Of a stretch of 63,798 nt of DNA, positions 1-7,122 are shown piece after piece. The DNA is from Pseudomonadota bacterium (GTDB lineage: Bacteria > Desulfobacterota > Binatia > Bin18). The notes under the pieces were generated by a model. The model ran no database searches. It worked only from the letters and a program-made list of their open reading frames with translations, and was not told the DNA's origin. The position numbers and the translations under genes were made by a program. The stretch's first letter is position 1, and each line of letters opens with the position of its first letter. The DNA lies in the NCBI GenBank assembly GCA_005804965.1, contig SYOC01000222.1:1-63798 (forward strand), given 5' to 3'.

Positions 1-132
1 GTGAGGGGTTGGGGATTGAGGATCGGCAAGCGTCACCTTTGGCTTGTCGAGTTGCGTCGTACACGAGGCGACCAGCAGTCCACAAAGAACCGTGAGCGTC
101 CAGAGACCGTTCAGCCAACCTGCAGCTTGCAT
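1..132 (-). CDS. lipoprotein, N-terminal fragment (gene runs off the left edge)
   Basis: ATG at 130-132 on the minus strand is preceded by GGGGAG. The translation MQAAGWLNGLWTLTVLCGLLVASCTTQLDKPK... has a signal peptide ending in a lipobox-like LVAS/C. The frame stays open to position 1. It is absent from the ORF track because it is edge-truncated. Confidence 0.4.
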   Translation of the reverse strand, partial: MQAAGWLNGLWTLTVLCGLLVASCTTQLDKPKVTLADPQSPTPH

Positions 133-245
133 GTCTCCCCTTTTGGTTCGGAAGCAAAGGAACGTTTGCTCCAATAGACAGGAACTCTAGTCGATCAAGG
201 TGTGCGGTGTCAAGGGAAAATTTTTCTCCGCCGCTTGCGCGACTG

Positions 246-460
246 CACAGAAACAAAATGCCTTACCCGCACCGCACTCCCTGGATTCCAGCTTGCGCTG
301 GAATGACGAAGACGACACGCCCGCCGTTCCAGGCGAGCACCGTACGCCCCGGAATCCATGGACGAAAACCTGGATTCTCGCAGGAGTTTATCCTGAGCGT
401 CCTTTGACTTCCCCTTCGACAAGCTCAGGGTACGCTCAGGATGAGCGGAAACGAAGGGTT
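246..460. repeat. cluster of REP/BIME-like palindromic units
   Basis: Contains ctggattccagcttgcgctggaatgacg (281-308) and cgttccaggcgagcaccgtacgccccggaatcc (325-358), plus ctcaggatgagcgg-type units. The same modules recur at 9731, 33820 and 61166. ORFs called here (200..505, 207..407, 210..524) are repeat translations. Confidence 0.6.
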
Positions 461-501
461 CGGGGGGACAATTCTGGTGTGCCAATCTCGTGTGGTTCAA
501 T

Positions 502-1659
502 TTAGGGGACAACAACCGACCCAAGGTCTTTGAGACGCGGATAGACTTCCTGAGCGAAGAGCTTCATCCCTTTGACGGTTTCGTCATGTTCGAGGAAGCC
601 GGCCTGCCCCATGAGCAGGATGTGTCCGAATCCGCCAACATGTTTGTACATGCGCATGATCTGGCGATAGACCGAGTCCGGGTTGCCAGCGAAGACCAGC
701 CCGTGTTCCATGAATGATTCGAGCGAAGGGTTTTGGAACATTTTGAAAATCCCCGACCCTGCGGCTCCTTTCATGGCATTCGCTGCCGCCGCAACTGGAT
801 GATAACCCGGCGGGTTGGTGAACTGGAGCGGCACTTTGTTCGACTCTACATACCACATGAGCTTCCGCGCACCGGCGTAGCCTTCTTCGTCAGTCTCTCC
901 CGTGTAGACGAGCGCGGCATAGGCAAAACGATCTGCTGCTGGTGCTGGCAGCCCGAGTTCGGCGCGACGTGTACGATAAGAGTTGAACACCGTCTTGGTC
1001 CCCTCAAAGCCGGTGAGGAAACACGCTGCTACGTAGCCGTGTTCTGCTACTTGGCGTGCGCTCTCAGGACTCAAGGCCGTGATCCACACTGGCGGATGCG
1101 GCTGTTGATACGGGCGCGGCCAGATGTTCACTTGCCGGTGTTGAAAGTATTTGCCTTCCCAATTGAACGGCCCGTCGTGACTGGTCCAGGCTTTGAGAAT
1201 GAGGTCGTGGGCCTCCCAGAACCGCTCCTGCATTTTGGTGGGGCGGTGATTCCCGGCGGAGAGTTCGTAGGGCACGCCACGCACGAAACCGCACTCCAAC
1301 CGGCCTCGGGCATAAACATCGACCATCGCCATTTCCTCGGCCACGCGCACCGGGTTGCGTCGGTTAGCAATGGGATTGCCGAGCAAGAGGAGCCGCGCGG
1401 TGGTGGTCTCACGGGCCAGGATGCCCATGATGATCGGCGCGGCAGGATTGAGGTTGGTCGCGGTCTGGTGGTGCTCGTTGACCATGATTTCCAAGCCGAG
1501 TTCTTCGGCGATCATCCACTCGTCAATGAAGCGATGATAGAGGTCGGCGCCGATTTTGGGGTCATAATAACGATTCGGCAACGTCACTCGGATCGAGTCG
1601 TACTCTTTGGCGTCAGGCAACAAGTGGTACGCATTTTCGCTGAAATGCCAAGCCTGCAT
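502..1659 (-). CDS. LLM-class (luciferase-like) flavin-dependent oxidoreductase
   Basis: 385-aa ORF with a typical LLM layout (MQAWHFSENAY..., EELGLEIMVNEHH, PHPPVWI). GAGG lies upstream of the ATG. It sits 19 nt downstream of the hydrolase gene on the same strand. Confidence 0.85.
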   Translation of the reverse strand: MQAWHFSENAYHLLPDAKEYDSIRVTLPNRYYDPKIGADLYHRFIDEWMIAEELGLEIMVNEHHQTATNLNPAAPIIMGILARETTTARLLLLGNPIANRRNPVRVAEEMAMVDVYARGRLECGFVRGVPYELSAGNHRPTKMQERFWEAHDLILKAWTSHDGPFNWEGKYFQHRQVNIWPRPYQQPHPPVWITALSPESARQVAEHGYVAACFLTGFEGTKTVFNSYRTRRAELGLPAPAADRFAYAALVYTGETDEEGYAGARKLMWYVESNKVPLQFTNPPGYHPVAAAANAMKGAAGSGIFKMFQNPSLESFMEHGLVFAGNPDSVYRQIMRMYKHVGGFGHILLMGQAGFLEHDETVKGMKLFAQEVYPRLKDLGSVVVP

Positions 1660-1678
1660 GGGATAACCTCGTTCTTCG

Positions 1679-2458
1679 TTAAGCGTTCAGAAACTGACGG
1701 ATGTGTTCGACACAGACCGCAGGCTGTTCAAGCTGAGGCAGATGTCCAGCCTGCTCGATGAGCGCAAGACGAGCACCGGGAATCGCGTCCCGATAGGCCG
1801 TGCCATAATACTCTGGCGTGACGAAGCGGTCGCTCGCACCCCAAAGCAAGAGGGTAGGGATGGAGACTCGATGCAAGCGCTGCCGCAATTTCGGATTATG
1901 GAAATAAGGCTCCCAAGCGTAGAGCGCCGTTGCCTCGCGGTTGCGGGCCACCACGGTGAGTTCATCATCGGAAAGCGTGGAGTAGTCGACCGCTGCGCGA
2001 GCTGGGTCATGATATTTGCGCCGCGCGATTTCCTCTGCCGAGAGCGCGAAGATATCAGGGATGTCGCGGGTCTCGCGGTCGCCCACTTTGATCCCCAGCG
2101 GCGCGACCAAAACGATCTGGGCGATGCGTTCGGTGTTTTTGACTGCGATCTCGGCGGCCAGCCAGCCGCCTAAAGAACAGCCAATCAACACCACATCGCG
2201 CAGATTGCGTTCAGCAAGCAGGTCTAAGTAGAGGTACGAAAGATCATCGACAGTGTCGATGGATTCGCCATCCGGAGAATGGCCGAAGCCTGGGTGGGAA
2301 GGAGCAATCACCTGCCCGAGCGTGGCCACATGATCGAGGAAAGGTGCGCACGAGCGTGGCCCGTCTTCGCCGTGCAGCACCACGATAGGCCGGCCGTGGC
2401 CGTGTTCGATGACTTCAAGCTGGGTTCCCTGGATAGTCCACCAAGCCGCTTCTGCCAT
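1679..2458 (-). CDS. alpha/beta-fold hydrolase (meta-cleavage-product hydrolase-like)
   Basis: 259 aa with HGxxG (VVLHGEDG), the nucleophile elbow GCSLGG and a C-terminal GHLPQLEQP. AGGAGG RBS upstream. Confidence 0.85.
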   Translation of the reverse strand: MAEAAWWTIQGTQLEVIEHGHGRPIVVLHGEDGPRSCAPFLDHVATLGQVIAPSHPGFGHSPDGESIDTVDDLSYLYLDLLAERNLRDVVLIGCSLGGWLAAEIAVKNTERIAQIVLVAPLGIKVGDRETRDIPDIFALSAEEIARRKYHDPARAAVDYSTLSDDELTVVARNREATALYAWEPYFHNPKLRQRLHRVSIPTLLLWGASDRFVTPEYYGTAYRDAIPGARLALIEQAGHLPQLEQPAVCVEHIRQFLNA

Positions 2459-2642
2459 GCGGTTTCCTCCTGTGGCTTCCAGCTACTAGCATGGGTCCTG
2501 TTCAAGGTCATCCCCGGAAACCAGCTCCTTCGTTGCTTGTGAACGAAGCCATATCCCTCTGCATGACCAGGGTTCAACACGGCCCCTGCCGTGTGCTAGG
2601 TTGCGAGGCCGAAATGAATTTGGCTGGCTGTGCAGCGGAGGC

Positions 2643-3350
2643 ATGATGTCGTGGTCCCCTTCTCCATCGGATTACCTGCTCCAGTTTTGCTCGCTCGTGC
2701 GCGACCCAATTTACTACGGTGCCGAGGCTCCGAAAGGGCAAGGCCAACCGATTCTCCTCATCCCAGGGTTCTTGGGCGGAGACTGGACTTTGCTGGTGCT
2801 GGCGGGCTGGTTGAACCGCTTAGGATATCGGTCGTATTTTTCTGGCATCAATTGGAACGTCGATTGTCCGAATCGCACGGGTGAACGTTTGCGCTGGCGG
2901 TTGGACGCCATTGGCAAGGAGACCAGCGAGCCGGTGACGGTGATTGGCCACAGTTTGGGTGGGACGCTCGCACGGTTTCTGGGCGCGAATTTTCCCGATC
3001 GGATTCAGCAAGTGATTACCTTGGGGTCGCCGCTGACGCCTGAGATGCGAGTACATCCGCTCGCGTCGTTGGCCTTTCAAGCGTTGCAACCACTCCGGCT
3101 TCTCGGCGGACGCACGGCTGCTGCGTGTGGAAGTGCGCAATGCTCGTGTCACTTCGCGCGGACTGTCTTTGCACCACTTCCCAAAGCCGTCCACTTCACG
3201 TCGATCTTCACCAAGCAGGACGAAATTGTCGATTGGCAGTCGAGTCTCGACCCAACTGGCGACAACCGCGAGGTCTCGGGCCGCCACATTGGCCTGATTG
3301 TGAATCGCGAGGTGTATCGTATTCTGGCGGAGAGGTTGGCGGTGGTGTGA
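2643..3350 (+). CDS. alpha/beta hydrolase, lipase/esterase-like
   Basis: GHSLGG nucleophile elbow and LIPGFLGGDW. I prefer the in-frame ATG at 2643, which has GGAGG 4 nt upstream, over the TTG at 2601 used in the ORF track. Confidence 0.7.
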   Translation: MMSWSPSPSDYLLQFCSLVRDPIYYGAEAPKGQGQPILLIPGFLGGDWTLLVLAGWLNRLGYRSYFSGINWNVDCPNRTGERLRWRLDAIGKETSEPVTVIGHSLGGTLARFLGANFPDRIQQVITLGSPLTPEMRVHPLASLAFQALQPLRLLGGRTAAACGSAQCSCHFARTVFAPLPKAVHFTSIFTKQDEIVDWQSSLDPTGDNREVSGRHIGLIVNREVYRILAERLAVV

Positions 3351-3464
3351 CGCCTGAAGAGTCCATAGGGACGAGGTAGCTTCTGGCGTACAATTTGATG
3401 CTCCGCAAAAAGCTCGACCATTTGGTCGAGAAGCAGCGAACATACAGACAACAAATAGTCTCTG

Positions 3465-3719
3465 ATGACAGCTAGGCATCGTAAAACGTTAACGGCCATT
3501 TTCGATAACCCGGTTCGAGCGAATATCACCTGGACTGATATTGAGAGTTTGCTGAGGGCCTGTGGAGCGGAAATCAGTGAGGGCCGGGGCTCTAGAGTGC
3601 GCATTGCTCTTCAAGGAGTACGCGCGGTGTTTCATCGTCCTCATCCACAAAAAGAGACAGACAAGGGTGCTGTGGTATCGATGCGTCGTTTCCTTACAGA
3701 AGCAGGAGTAACGCCATAA
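3465..3719 (+). CDS. hicA: HicA-family mRNA interferase toxin
   Basis: 84 aa reading KTLTAIFDNPVRANITWTDIESLLRACGAEISEGRGSRVRI, a HicA/YcfA-like pattern. Its stop overlaps the start of the next gene (TAATG). Confidence 0.8.
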   Translation: MTARHRKTLTAIFDNPVRANITWTDIESLLRACGAEISEGRGSRVRIALQGVRAVFHRPHPQKETDKGAVVSMRRFLTEAGVTP

Positions 3720-4066
3720 TGGAATACAAAGGGTATCTTGCTCATATCGCCTTCGATGCGCAGGCGAATCTCTTTCATGGCGAAGTTATCAACATCCGAG
3801 ATGTTGTGACGTTTCAAGGGCACTCAGTCGATGAACTCCGTCAGGCATTTATCGATTCTATCGAAGACTATCTATCGTTTTGTGCCGAGCGTGAGGAAGC
3901 ACCAGACCAGCCCTTCTCCGGGCGCTTCACTGTCCGCCTGTCGCCGGAGCAACATCGCAAGGTCATTGTTGCAGCCGAGAAAGCTGGCAAAGATATCGCC
4001 CAATGGGTCGCGGAGGCGCTAGAACAAGCCGTAGGGTCTAGTGGCCGTGAGGAAGTACGCGGTTAA
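3719..4066 (+). CDS. hicB: HicB-family antitoxin
   Basis: 115 aa reading MEYKGYLAHIAFDAQANLFHGEVINIRDVVTFQGHSVDELRQAF...FSGRFTVRLSPEQHRKV, a HicB N-domain plus an RHH-like tail. It is coupled to hicA. Confidence 0.8.
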   Translation: MEYKGYLAHIAFDAQANLFHGEVINIRDVVTFQGHSVDELRQAFIDSIEDYLSFCAEREEAPDQPFSGRFTVRLSPEQHRKVIVAAEKAGKDIAQWVAEALEQAVGSSGREEVRG

Positions 4067-4093
4067 CTTTACCAACGATTCCGAGGAGGTTGC

Positions 4094-4525
4094 ATGTGGT
4101 ATGGCGAGTGCCTGGCGCTCACATCGGCGGTGTTATGGGGAACCATCCCCATCTTCGTGCGGAAAGGCTTTGCCCATGCCGGGCCGTCAGTTGCCGTGGT
4201 CGTCGGGCTGTTGGCGGGCATTCCGTTGTTGGCCGGTGTGTTTCTCTTCCATCCCCGTCCGGTATGGCAAGCGGTTGCACCGCAAGCGGCGCTGTGGTTC
4301 GCAGCCGTCGGGGTGCTTGGTCCGTGTTTAGGACGGCTGTTTAACTACATTGGCGTGCAGCGACTGGGCGCGGCCCGCGCGACGCCGCTCATTAACTCCT
4401 CGCCACTCTTCACCTCTGCGCTGGCGCTGGTCTTTCTTCACGAACACGTCACCCTCAAAATCGCGCTCGGGGTACTCTGCATCGTCGGAGGGATTGCTTT
4501 GTTGACAGGACAGCGACGCCCATGA
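4094..4525 (+). CDS. EamA-domain half-size DMT transporter subunit
   Basis: 143 aa, multi-TM, single EamA-like repeat. GAGGAGG RBS upstream. ATGA overlap with the next gene. Confidence 0.7.
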   Translation: MWYGECLALTSAVLWGTIPIFVRKGFAHAGPSVAVVVGLLAGIPLLAGVFLFHPRPVWQAVAPQAALWFAAVGVLGPCLGRLFNYIGVQRLGAARATPLINSSPLFTSALALVFLHEHVTLKIALGVLCIVGGIALLTGQRRP

Positions 4526-4953
4526 CGTTCAGAGACCTTATCTTTCCCCTCCTCGCGGCGCTGTGTTACAGCACCAATCCCATTCTCATCAAATTTGGTC
4601 TCCGTATCAGCAACGAACCGCTCCTTGGCGCGTGCATCGGCATGACTGCGAGCACCGTGGCATACCTGGGATATTTTCTGCTCAGTGGACAAGTCCGCAG
4701 CCTGTTCGGGTTGCCGTTGTGGGTGAATGTGTATTTCGCGCTTGCCGGGGTGTGCTCTACCTTGGGCGTCTTCTCCTTCTTCGCTGCGCATGAGTACATT
4801 CCTGCTTCTGTGGTGGCACCGCTCACTGCGGCTGCTCCTTTGATCACCGTGGCGCTCAGCCATTTCACCCTCAAGGGAGAAGAGCGAGTATCCGTTGCCG
4901 ATGCCATCGGCACAGTGATGATCGTGCTTGGTGTGGTGCTGTTAGTGAGCTGA
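4522..4953 (+). CDS. EamA-domain half-size DMT transporter subunit (partner)
   Basis: 143 aa and the same architecture as the upstream gene. Translationally coupled to it. Confidence 0.7.
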   Translation: MTFRDLIFPLLAALCYSTNPILIKFGLRISNEPLLGACIGMTASTVAYLGYFLLSGQVRSLFGLPLWVNVYFALAGVCSTLGVFSFFAAHEYIPASVVAPLTAAAPLITVALSHFTLKGEERVSVADAIGTVMIVLGVVLLVS

Positions 4954-5062
4954 ATAATTGCATTGCGCATCATTGCCGACGAATGACAATCGTTTGACAA
5001 AGACTTGACCAGAAGAGTAGCATTTCCGCAGTCCAAAAATTTTGTCCGAAGGAGGAATGCGT

Positions 5063-5689
5063 ATGCTGCGATCTCATGTTCGACGGTTGTCCGCGACTCT
5101 TGGGCTTCTGGTAGCGAGTGGAATGCTCCCGAACCTTGTCCAGGCGCAAGCCGTCATCACCAAATTCAACGGCACAGCGACGGATATCGGCCTCCCACGC
5201 GGCCCAGGCCAAGTCGGCGGTGTGGAGTTTCGTGTTCACGGCAGCTTCGTCTACACAGGAAGCCTCAATCTTCCTACCTCCACCGCTACGGTTCATGATC
5301 TGCTTGCAGAACTCGGTCCAGGCGGTCGAGGCGAGCTGATCAAAATGACGGATGAAGTCTCGTTTCTTCCGATAACGCTTTCTCCACGAGCCACCGGCAA
5401 AACGAACGAAGCGGTGTATGACTCACCGAAGCAGTTCCGTCCACAGATCCGTTTTCAGGTCAACAAGCGCTATCCGGCGGCAGGCATTTACGAATTCGCG
5501 TTCCGTTTAGACAGAGGCTTGGCGCGGAAGCAACCCTTGCTGTGCGCCATTGATCCGCAAGACCGTCGCTCGAAAACATGGATGACCTTCAGCTTCGAGA
5601 TCAATGACGGCGTCAACCCACCGATGACCTTGTCTACCACACAGCCGTGGGAATGCGCCCTCGGCGGCTTCCAGATGCGGAGGAAGTAG
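5063..5689 (+). CDS. secreted hypothetical protein
   Basis: The ATG at 5063 lies 7 nt after AAGGAGGA. The signal peptide is MLRSHVRRLSATLGLLVASGMLPNLVQAQA. I recognise no domain. Confidence 0.5.
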   Translation: MLRSHVRRLSATLGLLVASGMLPNLVQAQAVITKFNGTATDIGLPRGPGQVGGVEFRVHGSFVYTGSLNLPTSTATVHDLLAELGPGGRGELIKMTDEVSFLPITLSPRATGKTNEAVYDSPKQFRPQIRFQVNKRYPAAGIYEFAFRLDRGLARKQPLLCAIDPQDRRSKTWMTFSFEINDGVNPPMTLSTTQPWECALGGFQMRRK

Positions 5690-5720
5690 GAACCGTTCTC
5701 TCCGAGGCGAGGAACTGGCA

Positions 5721-6797
5721 ATGCCCAACCTACAAGAACTCTGGCGACCGATTACCAACAACTTTTCCCCTGTCAAACAGGTGCGTGTGGAAGACGTTGA
5801 GCGCTTTTTCGTTGATCGTAATGAGGCTGACCCTGTACGAAGCCTGATTGCTTCCTGGAAACTCGAATGCCAACTGAGTATTGGACAACCGACGCCTTAC
5901 ACCGCGCTCTTGACCGGGCATATTGGTAGCGGAAAAAGCTCGGAGTTGCTGCGCTTGGGGTATGAATTGGCCAATGACTTTTTTGCGGTGTGGTTCGATG
6001 CAGAGGCGAGTTTATGGACAGAGACCACCAATCACTTCGACGTAATCTTGGCCATGGGAGTCGCGGTACACGCCGCTGCACAACGAGCCACTCTTCAACC
6101 CGACCCGCGCTTGCTTGAGACATTCATTAGGAGTCTGGCCAAACTGGTGCGCCGTTTCGAGGACCGCAAAGGCTATCGTCTGGAGGCGGCCCAGCTTCTT
6201 CGTCAGGTTTTTGCTGTAGTGCTCGTGACTGGCGCACTGGCGGCAGGAGGCTTACCCGCCGCGTTGCCAGCGGGTGCGTTCCTATATGGCGCAGAGAAAG
6301 TTGCCAAAACCGCTCGCGTGGAGCTGAATGTTCAGGATACGCATATACGAGAGCTTAGCTCGTTGCCGAATCGCGCTGAAGTCCTTGGAGCATTGAACGC
6401 GATCATTGCCGATATTGAACAGAAGGCCCAAAAGCCACTGCTCATCCTTGTCGATGGACTCGACAAAGTCCCTCCGAGCCGGGCCGAGTTGCTGTTCGTG
6501 AAGAACGACATCCTCGCTGCGCCTGCCTGCGCCTTAGTGTATGCGGCACCGATAGAGTTCTCTTATCGTTCTGCCAGCGAGCGCAGGCCGACGGATCTGT
6601 TCGGAGCGCAACGGATGCTTCCGAACCCGGCGGTCCACCAGCGTCCGCCCAGAGGAGAAGGCTGGAAGGCCTCACGCGACCCCAACGAAGCCGGGCTGAG
6701 CGTTATGAGAAAAGTCGCCGCGAAACGCATCGAAGCGAACGGGAGAACTACGGGGGAAGTCATCACTCCGATGCATTGGATTTACTGGCACGCATGA
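5721..6797 (+). CDS. KAP-like P-loop NTPase, N-terminal 358 codons (apparent frameshift at the 3' end)
   Basis: Walker A is LLTGHIGSGKSSELL and Walker B is LLILVDGLDKV. A 29-residue hydrophobic stretch (VFAVVLVTGALAAGGLPAALPAGAFLYGA, nt 6207-6293) is inserted between them. The frame ends in the implausible tail PMHWIYWHA. Confidence 0.65.
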   Translation: MPNLQELWRPITNNFSPVKQVRVEDVERFFVDRNEADPVRSLIASWKLECQLSIGQPTPYTALLTGHIGSGKSSELLRLGYELANDFFAVWFDAEASLWTETTNHFDVILAMGVAVHAAAQRATLQPDPRLLETFIRSLAKLVRRFEDRKGYRLEAAQLLRQVFAVVLVTGALAAGGLPAALPAGAFLYGAEKVAKTARVELNVQDTHIRELSSLPNRAEVLGALNAIIADIEQKAQKPLLILVDGLDKVPPSRAELLFVKNDILAAPACALVYAAPIEFSYRSASERRPTDLFGAQRMLPNPAVHQRPPRGEGWKASRDPNEAGLSVMRKVAAKRIEANGRTTGEVITPMHWIYWHA

Positions 6798-7108
6798 GTG
6801 GTGGGTTAATGCGAGATTTTGTTCGCTCTTTCCACGAAGCTGCGGTCGCGGCCCTTTCTGACAGGAAGGAACGCATTGATCTTGTGATTGCTCAAAAGGT
6901 CATGAACCAACATCGCGAAGCGCGCAATCTGGAACTCGACTTAAAACATCGGGAGGCCCTGCGCACGGTGCTAGAGCATGGATTTCTGACAGGACGGCAG
7001 CGTGAGGTCGAAGAAGCACTATTGCGGAGCACCTATTTGTTGGTCTACAGCGATGAAAGTAGTGGCTCGTGGTTCGATGCCCACCCCGAGGTCTTGCCGC
7101 TTCTTTAA
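6776..7108 (+). CDS. C-terminal (lid-like) part of the same NTPase, in the -1 frame
   Basis: Read from 6770, this frame gives DALDLLARMSGGLMRDFVRSF, a typical AAA-type lid motif that continues ...GEVITP of the upstream ORF. Confidence 0.55.
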   Translation: MDLLARMSGGLMRDFVRSFHEAAVAALSDRKERIDLVIAQKVMNQHREARNLELDLKHREALRTVLEHGFLTGRQREVEEALLRSTYLLVYSDESSGSWFDAHPEVLPLL

Positions 7109-7122
7109 CGTGTTGAGCGTGT

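Noticed and set aside
200-524. Three overlapping 66-104-aa ORFs at the left end
   Set aside because: They translate REP/BIME-like palindromic units (WIPACAGMT-type peptides) that recur in other intergenic sites, so they are not protein genes.
733-1761. 342-aa ORF on the plus strand
   Set aside because: It is entirely antisense to the well-supported LLM oxidoreductase gene. It has an Arg/Gly/His-rich composition with no recognisable motif, which is typical of shadow ORFs in GC-rich DNA.
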